Of a stretch of DNA of 64,000 nucleotides, positions 36,201 to 50,498 are shown piece by piece. Each line of letters begins with the position of its first letter. Within the stretch, counting starts at the first letter, position 1. The stretch comes from Rhizaria sp. SCN 62-66. Taxonomy: Eukaryota. The stretch lies in assembly GCA_001724265.1 (NCBI GenBank), contig MEDY01000042.1, forward strand, positions 1 to 64,000, in the 5' to 3' direction. Under the pieces are notes generated by a model. That model was not told the DNA's origin. It was given only the letters and a program-made list of their open reading frames with translations, and searched no databases. Position numbers and translations under genes: made by a program.

Positions 36201-39200
36201 GTGGGAGCTGCTGTCGCACGCGAGAGGGCCCGCGAGAGCGCAGATGCCGCTGTGGTGGCTGAAGCCGCTGCTGTGGCGATGCGTGAGAGCGATCCCATGG
36301 CTGTTTTAGGCCGTGGTATGGCTCTTATCGCGATCACAGCCGCTTTACCGCGTCTGCGTGCACGGGCGCAACAGCTTCACTCGAACGCAGAGTCCGTTGA
36401 GAAGAACTCAGGCGAGAGTGTGACTGCAAGCAACTCTACCCCGAGCACGGGAGTCGTTCCGGAGGCGAAGCACCGTGACGCGAGCGTCAGCGCAGCTGAA
36501 ACCGTAACGACAGACTCGAATGCCGCACTTAGTGTGGAACAAGCCCGTGCAATGTTTTCTGCAGTGCTCCATCGTATGGTATCCCCGTCCCCGCCAATGT
36601 CATTGCCATTTGCACCGGCGACAGCAACTCAGCTTACGACCAGTGCGAAGGTTGGCGTGGCGACCTGGGCAGCAGCGGCACGCTTCCTACCTCTGGGCCC
36701 TCTCTCCCTCCACCGGCCGCCAGTATCTCCATTGCTTGCTGCTGATGCGTTGTTGCGGCGTTCTCGCGCAATCGCGATGCTGGGCCCCGGTACTGTTGTG
36801 CGGGGCATTGTAGTCGCGATCGAGCCCATCAAGGAAGTCAAGCCGCGTGCGAGCAAAGACACTGCTGCCACAACTGCGGCAACGACGGAAGTGAAGAGCG
36901 CCACATCAACTGATGTCAAGGCTGCATCTGACGCCGCCAAAGACGCTGCCGCCGCCGCCGCTGCCGCTGCTGCAGCTGCTGCTGCGGCGCCCGCGACGAA
37001 GGGGAAGAGCAAGGCAAATACTGCGGCGGCCCGCAAGCGCGCTGCTGCAGCAGAGGCCGCCGCGGCCGCCGCTGCCACGGCCGCCGCCGCTGCCGCCACT
37101 ACGGCTGCAGCCGCCGCCCCCGCAGCGACGGAGCCAGCCGCTGCCCCGCGCCCCGCGCCGCGATGCCGAGTGCGGCTGCTGCTGGTGAAGGCGTACCCCA
37201 CGCCCGCTGCGCTGCACGCGATGGGTCCTCTGGCCGCCGCGGCCGCCGACGCCGCGTCAGCGCCGGTGCCCGGACTGGAGCAGTGGGCACTGGCGTCGAC
37301 ACCCTTTGCATCAGGCACGATTCGCGCTCCGTTTGGCCCCATGTACCCCATGCACCCGATTCCGACCACTTCGCAGCCGCAGGACGCCATGGCGCGCGGC
37401 GGCGCGAGCGCGGAGGACTGCCCGCCCGCGCTCACTGCTTCCAGCGCGAGTGCGGCGGCGAGCGCCGCCACTGTCGCGCCGCCCCGGCGCGCGGGCTGGC
37501 CGACCGCGGCGGGCGCGGCGGCCGCGGCTTGCGCGCTGCAGAGGCTGGCCATGGGCTCGGCGGCCGCGGCGACAGCGGCGCTCAACGACTACACACCCAA
37601 ACACGCGCTCTCGGCTGCGGCCACGGCGGCGGCGTTTGCGGCATCGCGGGCGGCGACAGCGGCAGCTCGCGCTGCTGCAGCCGCGGACTGCCAGCTTTGG
37701 GGCATTGCTTTGCGAGACACGCGCAAACTAGCATCTTCTGTGAGTAAAATCGAGATTGCAGCAGCCCCTGCAGCGACTGCGCGGGCCGTCACTGCAACAT
37801 TGCCAGTGTGGTCTGTGTCTGTCGCAGCACAAGGTGGCCTTTGCGAACTCCTTGATGCTGAGACTTCATTACTGCCGCGAGATCCTCTGTACTTGCCGAT
37901 GCCTGCGCTTCCAGAGAGCTTGACGACTGACGCTGTGGCTCCTGCTGAGTTCTTACCCACTGAGTTGTTACCACAATCATCCGTGTCTAGTCGAGGCGCA
38001 GCAACGCTGCTTGTGCTTCCATGCTCACTTCCTCGTTTCACACTCGCAGACCCCACCGTGACCGTGCTTCCACCGCCACTATCAACATTCTCGTCACCGC
38101 GCGCCCTTGCGCTGCACGCCGCGCGCCCCGCCGTGTTTTGGCGCGCTGGCTGGTGGTTTGTTGAACGCGGTGCGCGCGCACATACCAGCGCACTCTCCGG
38201 TAGCGCGCTTTACAGCAGCGACGCTGCTTCAAGTGCGTCCCCATTTTGCGCCGAAACAGAACTTGCAGCGATGCTCGATGCAGCCGCGGCACCCACAACC
38301 GATGACCTTGCTTACTGGGGTGTGTTTCCGCTCTCTTCAGGACATGCAGCTGCAGCGGTCAATTCTCTCACAAGTCTCTCTCCCTCTGCTTCAGGCTTAC
38401 ACAATACTGGACAAGCACCAGCGAATGCCAGCAGCGACACTGGTAGGTTGAAGCGTGAGTTCGGCCGCCCTCCTGGTCACGCTTGGCGCGATGTCCCGGG
38501 CCTGACTGCAGGCGCAGGTGCCGCCGCGAGCGCTGCCGCTGCGGCCGCGTGGTGCGCCGCGTTCGACGGCGTCCACGAGCTGGGAATTGAAGTCACCTTC
38601 GACATCACGGCTGCACCGGAGCCTGTGGCACCGGTATCGCTTGCAGTTGACGCCGCAGGCGAGAACGACACCAACGCTGGCGGAGTTAAGTCACCCCGTG
38701 GTGGAAGGCGCGCGGGATCGCCGGCCAAGCGCCAGGCGTCGCCCGCTTCGGCCTCTGCGACTGCGACGCCGCAGGCAACACCCACTGGGGGCGTGGCTGG
38801 CGGCAGGAAGAAGCGTGCGAACAACTCAGCGGCCGTCGCTAACGCGGCTGTTTCTGCGGCCGCTGCCGTCGCTGACACTGAAGCCGCTGACGGCACGATA
38901 CCTGTTGACAATGCACCGGATCCAAGCGATGATGCGTGCGCTGCGCCTCTGTGGGACAGCACCGCCGTATCACAGCCCTTGCGTGTGCGCATGCCCAGTG
39001 GTGGAGTGTTGACTGTGGGGTGCCAGGCTAAGGCGCTCGTTGTCGCCACTGATACGCTCACTGGTATTGTCGCCGCCACCGTGGCCAGCGAAAGCCTGGT
39101 TTGGCTCGGAGCCCGCCACAAGCTTGGGCAATACCCCCAAGCGCGCCTTGCTTCGTTAACAGCGCAGCGCGGCGCGGCGAGTACGATGGGTGACAAAGAC

Positions 39201-42200
39201 CCCAGCGAGAACGCTTCTCTTGCGCCAGCGCCTGTGCCTGTGGTCGTGGTAACGCCTGCTCGTGGCTGCGGACAGCAGGAACAGCCCACGACTGCGGAGT
39301 ATCCCGCCCCGGCATCCCCGCCCGCTTTGGCCACAGATTCGCCTTCGTCGCCGCCACAGGTGCCGCAGTGGCTGCCTCGCTGGGCCGCAGCGCGCTACAC
39401 GGCAGTGTTTGCTCTGTGCCGCGCCGTTGTTGACGCGGAGGTTCGCGCACTTCTGCGTTCCGGCACGCTGACTGAGACGACGTTTCTTTGCTGTGGTGGG
39501 GACTGCTGCCAGCGGCATGAGAACGAGGTTCTCGCCGCGATCGCCAATGAAAACGCGCTTTCATCATCAAACAAGCAGCTTCCACAGTCTTTGCTCCCCG
39601 GCTTTGCCCCGGCTGCCGCTCTGAACGCGGCCACGAGCGCCGCAGTCGTCACTGACGCCGCTGGCAGGCCTGCGCTCTCGTCATTGCCAGTTCTCCCGCG
39701 CGCCCACGCGTTTCCCCCACCCCCCGTCCAGTCTCCTCCGCCGTTAGACTCCACTGAGGCCCAGACCGCGCTGGCCGCGCTGCTGCCCGATAGCCGCGCT
39801 GCGCTGCGGCTATCGAAGCTTTGGAAGCTGCTCGCTCCGACTCATGCTCCTGCTCCTGCTGTAGTGTCTGCCGCACCTGCTTCATCGAGTGCCGCGGAGG
39901 CACTGAACGCACAAGCAAAGCCTCCCGCAGATACGCCGCTTGCGCGCGTGCTGCCGACTGCGACTGTCACTCCGAACGCAAACGCCTGCACAGTGTCGGC
40001 GTGTACCGGTGGCTGCGGTGGCTGCACAGGTCATGTTGCAGTTCCACAGTCAATCTTGACTAAGATGCGCGCTGCGGCTGCGAATGTGGTTGCACTGGAG
40101 CTGGCTGCGGTTGTTCAATACTCACATCTTTCCACGGTTTCAACAACAGTTACGACGGGACTGCTTGCGTCCGCCGTCACGCTTGCCCTTTCCGCACCTG
40201 CAACTGCACTTGCAACAGCAACTTGCGCCGAGACACGTAACCACGCGAGTGTAGGAACCACGAACGAACACGCGAGTGCGAGTGCTAATGCTACTGCGAG
40301 CGCAATGACTGTGAGGAGTGCTTCGACACAAATTGTGCCAGCATTGTGCACAGCACCACGCGTGTCGCTGCATGTTGGTGCCGGACTGGCGCTGCCGGTG
40401 GCCGCATGCACGGGCGAGCTCTACAACGTCACGTCGCTTGCAGGGGCTGCACTTGGGTTTGAACCCCCACGCACTCTGCAGCAACAACAACAGCAGCATC
40501 AGTTGCTACAGGCGCACGCGTTCCACAGCTCGCGAATGCCAGTCGGCAGCGTGACCGCAACGTCGCCGTTCTACAGCGGTCCATCAATGCGTACTTCGAC
40601 CGCAGCCGCTGAGGTTGCGCAGTCCCCACATGGCCCCGTCGCGAATCGCGGTTACGGCGCGAGCGCCGCCGCCCAGAGCTCGATGTCGTTGTCGATGATC
40701 GGCACTGTTCCCGTCACCGCTGCGACGGCTGCGTCGCCGTTTTACCTCCCCCCCGCGCCGTACCCGACCGTTGGCAACACGAACAACGGCCCTAACGCAG
40801 GTGGCGCTGGCAGTAGCAGCTCGTGGCGCGGACCGGGCGGCACGCCTGCTGCCACGATGCGCTCGACTATCCCAATGCCGTCCCCACACTCGCAAATGAC
40901 AACGCTGCTAACGGGAGGTGTGCCAACGATGCCGCTGGTCCCGGCCGCGCGCGTGAGTCTTGCATTGCCACCCGCTGCGCTGTTAGCGCGCGTGCGCGCG
41001 AGCGTGTTTTTCCGGAATCTCGACGGCGTTGCACTTCTCACCGAGGCTGCAGGCGCCACGCCGTACGCATCGCTGTTAGACGCGCCGTTCTTGTTTTTTG
41101 GCCCGCAAGAGTCGTTTAACGCCTTGCGCACCGCGCAGTTTTCGTCGTGGGCTTTGGTGTCGTTCTTCAAGGGACTGACGAACATCGCACTTGCTGTGGC
41201 ACAGCTTGTCAACACAGCAAGCACCGCTGGTAACGAGGCTGTGACTGTAAACACTGTGACTTCAGCCGTCACCTCGTTCAATCACGCACGCGAGTCCGAG
41301 CCGGAATTCTTGGCAGCAAAGCTGGGCCAACTCGCGGCAACAGTGCTACCTGCTGTGCACCTGTTTGCTGCCGCGCCCGCCGGTGGCATTCAGGCCACCG
41401 ACAACGCAGCCGCTTCCACTGCCAATTCTGCGAACCGCGATGGCGGCGACGTCGCTGCGCCCGTGACAGCAGCTACCGAGCCGCCAGCGTCAGGTGCTGT
41501 TGCAGCGACTGCTGCAGCGACAAAAGCACTCAACCAGATGTTCGACCACTTTGCGTCTGCACTTGCGCCATCAGCGACGCCTGTGCTGCCCCCGGCACAG
41601 GTCCGCCGCGCACAACGCTGGCTTTCACTTGCACGCCGGCTTTTGCGCATTGCACCGTGCGCATCCGAGCCCGCTTCGCTTTACGCGACAGAGATGAACG
41701 ACGAGGTGATCAGTGCTGAAGCAGATGCGTGCGCTGTCGTTGCCGCTCTTGTGCCGGATCTAGCCCAATGTGCTGCGACGTCTTCGACCGCGGCGGCGTG
41801 TCCCGCTCCATCCACCGTTGTGCCGACTCTGGCACCACTGCCACTGCCGCTGCAGTCAAGCGTGCTCCACGGATTGCTTCCCCCACTCACGTCATCGACG
41901 GCCACGCTTCCGTCACTTGCGCCTCTCGCGTCCATTCCGTTGCCAGGATCAGCCCCTGTCTCTATCACGACACAGGCGTCTGCGACTGTTACAGCGCATG
42001 CCGAGCAGCGCGCACGCTTGGCGACACACTCAAGGCTGGCTGTCGGCGCAACTCCGACCACAGGCCCTATTGCGACGCGAATGCAGCGCTTATCATCATT
42101 GACGCGGTCAATTCAAATGGAAGACCGTCTCATCACTGCGGCGCGTGCGAGTTCAGGCTCAGGGCTTCCGCCCGCAGCTGCCAGCTCTACTAACGCACCT

Positions 42201-45200
42201 GCGGGCGCAGGGACCGCAGTCGCAGGGTCGCACGCGTCCACGTCCGCTGCTGGCAAGGCGGCTGCTGCCCGAGCGGACGGCTCAGCTCCGGCGGGCCGCA
42301 GCGGGGCGACTGCGACTCTCGCCGCAACCACTTCAGGCGCCCGTGCTGCTGCCGCCTCCGCCGCCGCCGCTGCTGGTTCTGTGGGAGCGGATGGCGTCAA
42401 GCTGCAGTCTCGTGACGGCGCTGGCGCGGTGTCAAGCGGAGGCTTCCATCCTCCCCCGCTGCGGACCTCTGCCGCCGCTGCAGCAGCCGCTGCAGCGCCA
42501 GGCACTAGCGCGCAGGGCCTTGGCCCGTGGCCGCACGCGAACGGCGCCGCTGGAGCCCCACTCTCAACTGGCGCGGCCGCAGCGAACGCGCTGAGCTTTG
42601 CGGCCGCGCACGCGCGTACGACACAGGTCGCCGGCGCGGGCGCACGTGGCGTGAGTGCAGGCGGCACTCTTAGCGCGGCTAATGACAGCTTGACGCGTGG
42701 GTTTGGCGCGATTGACAGTGACTTGCACCGATGGCTGAACCCTTCTCCGATCCCCGCAGTGACTTTGGCGACGCTGCTGCCCGACCCGACGCTCGCGCCA
42801 CCGGGCGCCGTCCACGGGGGCCGTTCGTTACTGCCGCAGTCAAGCTCATTCGTGCAAATCCCAGGTGCGCACGCACAAACTGCAGCAGGAATGCAGCAAC
42901 AGCTGCCTCACCAGCAGACATTTCTCGGCTACCAGCAGCAAACTGTTCCCGTCGCGACGACAACGACAGCTGGATTTTTCGGTCCTGCAGTCGCTGTGCC
43001 GACCGAGCCCAAGTCGCCGTTGCTCCGGCTGCTGTCGCCGCGTCTCCCGGGACATGAGTCGCCCACGTCGCTGCCGCCGCTGGACTCGCCGCGCCGCAAC
43101 CGCGGGCGCGACAACGGCGACGACAACGGCGACGACGGGCTGTTGCCGATGGATGACGCGCCTGGAGCGTTCTCGCCGCTGATCGGACCGCAGCTCGCCG
43201 GAGCCAATGCGAGTCCGATCGCGCCCGGTAGCAGCGGCGGCGCGGGCGGGCCGGCGCGCACTGTGGCCGTGCCGCCCCCGCTGGAGCTGCCCACGCTGTC
43301 GCAACGCAGAGCCACCGCAGGTCCCGGCTTCTCTGCGGCGGCGGCATCGGGCCCTGCGCGGGCGGGCGAGTCAGCTGCAGAGCGTGCGAGCGCGACTGCG
43401 TTCGACGGTGTTGATCGTCAGGTGCAGGCGGGTGGATTGGCTCTCATGCGGAACGCAGCTGAATCAGCCGCTGCAGCTACGGCTTATGCGACTAGCTCGC
43501 GTGGGCTCAAACGTGGTCTAGACCAGCAAAATGCAACATCTGTGGTTGCTAATAGTAGCATTGAGACATCCGAGCACATTCAACAGCACCAAAAACGTCC
43601 GCGTGCTGCCAACGAAGTTTCCCCGACTGGCGGCGTTCCATTTGAACTTCCCGCGATTGTAGTTAATACCACCGCTGATGCGGCATCTGTTGCCGTGACT
43701 GAAGATACTGGTCCCCGCGCTGTGCGGTTTGCGGACACCGTTGTGACTGTGGCCCCTCGGCCGCGCTACCCCGATCTTGACTCGCCGCTTCCCGTGCGCG
43801 ACACACAGGGTGACGCGGCCACGGTTTCACGCTCTGAACCCGCTGCATCACCAACCCCTGTGGCCGCGCTTGCGTTTTCTGACAGCACCCGTGACGACGG
43901 GTTCGCCATTCGAGAGGCTCCTACCGGAGCATGTCACAGTCGGTCACACAGCCGTACTTCTATCATCGGCTTTGCCTGCAACGACAGTGTTGCTGCGGGC
44001 GATACACGAGAGCAGGCTCCTGTGTCTCATGAGCAGACTGCTGCGATCCGCCTTTCTGCAGCTACGACTGGTTCAGATAACACGGCTGGGAGTCCGGCTG
44101 CGGGCAACGGTGTTAATACGCTTACGACGCGCACTGTGGACGACACGTTTATCCCGCTCATCGGTCCGCGTCGCACAGCGTCCATGGTATCTGTTCCTGT
44201 CTCCGGTGCCGATAAGGGCGGTGCATGCGGTGGCACTAGCGGTGTCCATGATGACGACGACGACGATGATGACGATGACGATGACGCAAACACTGCTGCG
44301 GCGTTGCCACCGCGAAGCCCGCGCGTTGTTCGTGAAAGAGGCGTTTTGGCGTCAGCTTCAAGAACATCGGCTCTTGATTTAGATGCAGTGTCAGCGTTGA
44401 TGCCACGCCCTGTCTCTGCAGCACTGCTTGCTGCCACACAGAGTGACCACCACCTCTCACACTCACAAGGAGAGAGTTGTGACAATGATGACGACGGTGC
44501 AAGCATGCGGTTTCCTCCATCACAGGGGGTGTCGCGCGCACAATCACGTGCATCTTCGCGCCACGGCACGCATGCGAATGTCGGAAATGAAGATGAGACG
44601 GGGTATGACGGAGATTCGGTGACAGCTGTTGCCCTTGACATTGATTCAGCGCAAAAACGAGCAGCAACGCGTGCGGCGCGTGGATCGCACGCGCCGAGCA
44701 ACATATCGCGACTTAGCTTTGATACTGGCGCCGCGATCTTGGCTTCTGAGTGCTCTCAGTCTCCTGATGGGCGCTCGAGGCAGCAGTTACCTGTACACTC
44801 TCTTCCGATCCCCCATGTGTTGCCGGCTTCACAGGCTCAATCACGCGCGCAGTCGCGTGTTCAGTCGCGGGCAGAGTCACCAGCTGCGCGCACAGTGACG
44901 ATCGCGAGTGGTGCAGCTGTCCCCGCTGCAGTGTCAATGTCTGGTGGTGTTGTGCGCGCGTCTCCGCCCGCATCTCAGCCGCTCTCGCGCTCTCATTCGC
45001 GGACTCACTCGCGCTCGCAGTCCGCAGTGTGGTCGATTGCGGCGGCGCTCGACGTTAACGACGATGACGATGATACCAAGAGCAGCGTCGGGAACAAAAG
45101 GGTTCAGCGGCCCATGCGCGACAGCGATGACGGCATTAAACTGGAGTACTCGCGCAACACCAACACTGATTGTGTCGCTGCCGCTACCACTGATGCAATC

Positions 45201-48200
45201 GTCCCAATGGGAGATAGTCACACAGACTTAGACGGAGCATGCAGGAGTGGCGATGCCCCCCGCATTGTTCATGCTCATGCTGCCGTGCCATCGGCAAAAC
45301 TTGAGGGCACGTCCAATTCAGCTGGTGCTGCTGCTCAAACGTCGACTATCCCTGCAACGGCGTCCGCCTCTGAAGCAGCAGATGTGGTCGATGAGAGGGC
45401 CTTTGAAGGCGACCCAGCTCTTGATGCCACTGCGAGCGCGACTGACGCTGCTGCTGCAGCTGCCACCGCTGCAGTTGCTGCTGCTGAAGCTGCTGCTGCC
45501 GCTGCTGACGCTGCGATCACCGAGAACAACCTCCTTTTCCCACTAGACCCAGTGTCACCGCAACTGTACTCCCCCATCGACGAGGGCGACGACGGGGATC
45601 TCGGCTTTGCCGCGCACCGCGCTAGGGACAGATCCGACGACTCTGGTGGCGGCAGCGGTAGCGGCGGCGACGGCAACGGCACTTTCGTGTTTCCCTACAA
45701 TTTGCACCACCACCACGGCAGCCAGCAACCGCAGCAGCACCAACCGATGTACGGCGGGATCCATGCGCTGCACTATGACAGCAGCGGCTCGCGAAGCGGA
45801 CTGGGCACGCGCAGCGGCAGCGGCGCTGGCGCCGGGCTAGGCGCGGTTCCAGGCACCTTAACGCACGCTGCTTTGCACGCCAAAAGCGGCGGTCGTGATG
45901 AGAGCGGCAGCGGCCGGGACTCGATTCCGCTTCCCCGTGCTGACTCTGCCACAGGTACTGCTGTGACACATCGCACTCTGCTCCCTTCTTCCGCTGCTGC
46001 TGCCGCCGTGGCAGCAGGTGTGGCTGCAACTGCGGTCGGCGGGGGCCCGTCTGTCACCGGTACGGCGGGTGACAGCGCGACAGCTGCCGCGGCCGCCGCG
46101 GAGGCACAGGCGCAGCAGCAGCGTCGCGCCGCCGCGGTCGCCCGTCGCCAGGCGAGTTCGCGCTCTCCGTGCGTGCTGTTTGACAGCGCGGACGTCGCGG
46201 CAATGCACGCCGACCGCGCGGCGCTGTACGCAGACCGCGCCGGCGCCACTGCGCAATTCCTTCGCGGCCCCGCAGTCGAGCGGCTGAGCGACGGTCAAAC
46301 CGCCACGGAGACTGGAAGCAGCGGTGCCGCGCAGGGCGGCGCTGCAGCTGCAGATGGCTCTGGTGGTGGTGTGGCGCGCCAAGGTCGCTACGGACCGTAC
46401 TCGCTTGCGAGCGCGTTGCCCGACTTGTCGCTGATGGGCGCGAGCGACGTGACGCGCACACTGGAGAGCATGCGTGTCGGCGTGCACCAACAACCGCATT
46501 TGCAATCTCACGTTCACCCACAATCTCAGACCAGTCAACTTGTTGCACCTTTGCCAGTGCCGCTGACAAGCTCTGCTGCAACTGCGTTATCGGCTCCGCT
46601 TCCGTTGCCGCTGCCGGTACCACTAACAGCCTCAACTTCTTCGCTTGCAGCGCAGTCACTGCCTGCCCCGTTACCAGTGCCGTTGATGGCCTCCATCCGC
46701 ACAGCAGCGGCGCCTCAACAACAGATGCATAAGCCGCAGCAAGAGCAGCAGCCTCCAGCGCAAGTCCCATTCACTTCTCTCGCACTGAACAACCGCTTCT
46801 CGTTCGAAAGCTCCGGTGACAGCGACGGTGCGCGGCTCACAGACGCATCTACTGCTGTTGCCGCGTTGGTCACCGAGGTCGGCTCAGAGAGGACAGCCGC
46901 TCCACCGGCTCTGTTGGCGATGACTGACACTGATGGCATCAATGCAGCGGCTAGAAGCAGTCCGGGTGCAGCAGCTGCTGCCATTATTGCTGCTGGAGAT
47001 CAAAACGTTAACATGCAGCACCAAAGCAATCGTCGCACGGTCGACGACGTCGGTGTTGCGAATGATGCGGACTCTGCTGCAGGCGACAACGATTCCCTTG
47101 CACCTCTCGGTTTCGACGGCAGCCGCGAGACGTCACACGGCGACGACGATGACGACGATGACAACGGCGGACACGGCTTTGCTGGTGATTTCGCGCAGCT
47201 TCGGTATGCGCAGAACCAGCCACATGGACAACATGGCTCCTTTGGCCTCCGCCGATCGTTCACAAACAGGCCTCCTGCCCCGCCAACGCTTGATTCGTCA
47301 CCGCCGCTGACCAACGCAGTCGCACCAGCGGTAGTGCCGCCGCCAGTGGGCGGAGCGGCGACTGACGTGACTCGTGCAAACGCCGCCGGTGAACACGGGT
47401 CGCAGACGGGTGTGAGTTCGCAGACTGCACCCCTTATTGCTTCGCACCTGGTGCGCCGCGGCACTGGCAACAGCACAGGTGCTTCTAACGCGAACAACGG
47501 CGGGCATAGCAAGGTCCCTCCAATCGTACCGACTTTTAGTCCTACTTTGCCCGGCCGCCGCATTGTTGCCGCCGTGTCCTCAGCGTCGCAGGCATCAATC
47601 CCAAGCGGTCCGCTTTCGCTGAGTACCAGCGCCCTTAATATGACTGTTTCCGCACGTGATATGAACCAATCTGCTGCCGAAACTGCTAATGCTAGCGGTG
47701 ACAGCAGCGGTAACGGCAGCACGCCTGTTGACGGTAATGGTGAGCTTCCTTGGCCACCGCTGTCGTTCGAATGGTCGCGCGAGGGCAGCGGAGACAGTAT
47801 GCGTGCAATGCCAGACTCTGAAGCACGCGCTCGGTTGTTACCACTGCTTGACCTGTCCGCAATGCCAGAGCCAGCGACTGTGGTGATGAGCAACGGGGAT
47901 ACAACCGCAAACAATGCGAACGACATTGCGACGGTAGGCCATGTTGCGGCGCTTGCAGACGGAGTTGGGACGACGCACACCGTTGCTAGCACTGCGCCGA
48001 CTGCGTCAAACACGACACTCACTGCCCCTGTTGGCGCTGGGACGTTGTCTGCGATGGTCGGAAGCGAGACACCGGCCGTGTCGACAGTATTGGCTCCGGG
48101 ACTGAGCGCCCTCATGTCGTTAATGCGCGACAGCACTGCGACTGCTCTGGCAACAAACAATAGCAACGCAAACCACACGGTCACACCGACCGTCAACACG

Positions 48201-48308
48201 AACACTGTGTCGACACAGGCGAGCAACACTGCGGGTGACGCTGCTGCCAGCGCTCATGCTGCCGTTGACGATCCTCATCCGACGTCATCTCAGGAGACCC
48301 ACAAGTAA
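33279..48308 (+). CDS. TTC14-like (S1 domain + TPR) protein expanded to ~5,009 aa, one in-frame TAG
   Basis: ORFs 33279..35825 and 35883..48308 share a frame, separated only by TAG 35823-35825. Blocks resembling my recollection of TTC14 occur in order: PPVSPLL..RR..LGPGTVVRGIVVAI (~36714-36822), GVHELGIEVTFDI (~38568), LTVGCQAKALVVATD..SESL..KLG (~39009-39135), FFRNLDGVALL..SL..ALRTAQFSSWAL..FKG (~41007-41174), AVTSFNHARESEPEF. Ends TAA. Family call is from memory, not a search. Confidence 0.6.
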
Positions 48309-48793
48309 TGAGCAATCTCATTCCACGAACCACGCACAGACATACTCAATTCGATCCTTTTTATTTAGTCGTCTTAAGCAATACATACTCGATATTTATC
48401 TTTTCAATGAAGATATGACAATGCCGTGAATTAAATCCGTATTAGCTGTATTTGTTCGAGTACAAAACAATACGAAGGTATACAATCACATGAGTAACAA
48501 TAAACTAGCAGAGCTTCGATCGAGTCACACTAGACTATGTGTTGTCGTGCAAGTGTCTTGAAAGGACTAAAATAGGTAGTTAAGTAACTTCCGGCAGTAT
48601 GACGCTAATGATTACTTATAGAAACAAACTCACGACTCACAGCGAACGACACGGCCATCAAACAAACATATCAAGAAAACAACAACAAATGAAATGGAGA
48701 GACTCTCGTTTAAAGAGCAACCACAGAGAGACAGCAAAACACACAACACTAAGAGCTGCGTTGCAAAGTCAAGAGAACGAGTAAGCAGCGCGC

Positions 48794-49875
48794 TTACTCG
48801 TCGTTGGCATCCTCGATCTTGGGGGCGAGGAAGTAACGGAGGTGGCCGAGCTCGCCGAACTTGAACTCGACGACGAAGGGCACGGCCTCGGAGAGCATCA
48901 GGGTCACAGTCTCGGAGACGGACGCGGCCTTGGCAAAGTTGTTGAGGTAGCGGAGACCGAACTGCTGCTCGATGGGGTCCTCGACCTTGATCTGGACGTT
49001 GGAGCCCTTGCCATCCTCGCTCGCCTCGGTGGGCTTGCAAGTGATGGTGCCGTTGCCAGAGTTGCCCTCAACAGCGAACTGGATGCCCGCCTTGGAGACG
49101 GAGATCTTGACGGACTCACCCATGGTAGAGAGCTCGCGGCAGATGCGCTGGAACTCGGCCGAGGGCATGCGGACGATGCACTTGTAGGTCGTGGCGGGGA
49201 TGCCGAAGTTGTCGGTGTCGATGTCCATAAGCTTGAGGTCGAAGGTCGAGACGCGGTCCTGCTCCGGGGACTCGAGGGTGATGCTCAGCTTGTTGCTCGA
49301 CTCGTTGGAGGACAGAGTGAGCTTGTCGTTGTTGCCACCGCACTTAAGAATCTTGACGAAGTTCTCGAGGTCAATGCCGAGGTTCATGTTGTGGTCAACA
49401 CGGTAGTCCTCGAAGCCACCCGCGGAGAGGGTGAGCTGGATCAGCGCAACGAAGGCGGAGTCAACGCCCTGAAGGGAGATGCCGGAGGAAGAGCAGTCAA
49501 AGTTGCCCTGCTTAATGAGCTCACGGAGACACTCCATGATCTAAACAAGGGAAGATCGCGACAAGACGAGTGAATATGTGAGAGGCAAGAGAAGGAACGC
49601 GCGAGAACGAGGTGAGGGATAAATATAACACACAAGATCGACCATAGAAGAATAAATAACACAAGCACATGATACAAAAACAAGAATTCTGTCGTAACAA
49701 ACGGTACGACACGTTGTTGACGATATATATAGGACTGAAACCCGATGCCAAGAACAACGATGAGTTGGGCGCGAACTTGGGGTTCGAGATTTAGCAATGT
49801 GTGTTGGGAAGGTATGAAGGCAGATATACGTACCTTGCGAATAGTGCTAGCCTGCTTGACAACAGCCTCAAACAT
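48794..49875 (-). CDS. PCNA: Proliferating cell nuclear antigen, 262 aa
   Basis: Exon 1 49875..49834 (MFEAVVKQASTIRK), intron 49833..49541 (GTACGT...TTTAG), exon 2 49540..48794 (IMECLRELIKQGNFDCSSSGISLQGVDS...MPSAEFQRICRELSTMG...LRYFLAPKIEDANDE). Ends TAA. Confidence 0.97.
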
Positions 49876-49947
49876 TTTTGATTTCTTAGACGGGTATAAC
49901 CTCGCTAATACGCAGAATCAATCAAAACTCAGGCTGCTCAAGAACGG

Positions 49948-49997
49948 GCGCGAAAGGCGCCAACCAACCAGGGTTTGTCGGCCAGCTTAGCGCCAAA
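49948..49997 (-). promoter_or_regulatory. Two E2F-type sites (TTTCGCGC, TTTGGCGC) upstream of PCNA
   Basis: GCGCGAAA at 49948-49955 and GCGCCAAA at 49990-49997 on + match TTTSSCGC on -, 73-122 bp upstream of the PCNA ATG. Confidence 0.55.
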
Positions 49998-50498
49998 GTT
50001 AGGCCGCTGGCGACTGTTTCACGCGCCCTAAAACGAGCTTAAATGACCGGATAATTTCCATATTTCAAATATATATTTCTACTATGCACGTTCAATTGAT
50101 GCAATCTACGACATTATTTTGTTTGTTTTGTGTTAAGCTCTGCTTATATTGAGTTATCGCTGCTTGGATACTAGCGCGTAACTTAAAGTCGTTCGTGGTG
50201 AGACAAGAAAGGCATGTTTATCAATGCAGATTGGAGTTTTATTCACCAAATTCGGTCTTGCAGATGGACAATATCGTATTTTTCAATCATTCAAACCAAC
50301 AGAAACGTTGGGTTACAAATATACGTTCAAAAAAGATCCGAGAGAAATAATTACGAGAGGTCAAGCCTCACTGGCAGCAGATCATATCACATGACGCGAA
50401 CGCAATTGATGACAGACAGAAATGCAGGCGTATACAAGATGGAATCATGGAATTGTTATTGTGTACTTGCCCTCTCATACCACGGCAGTACAGCGTAC

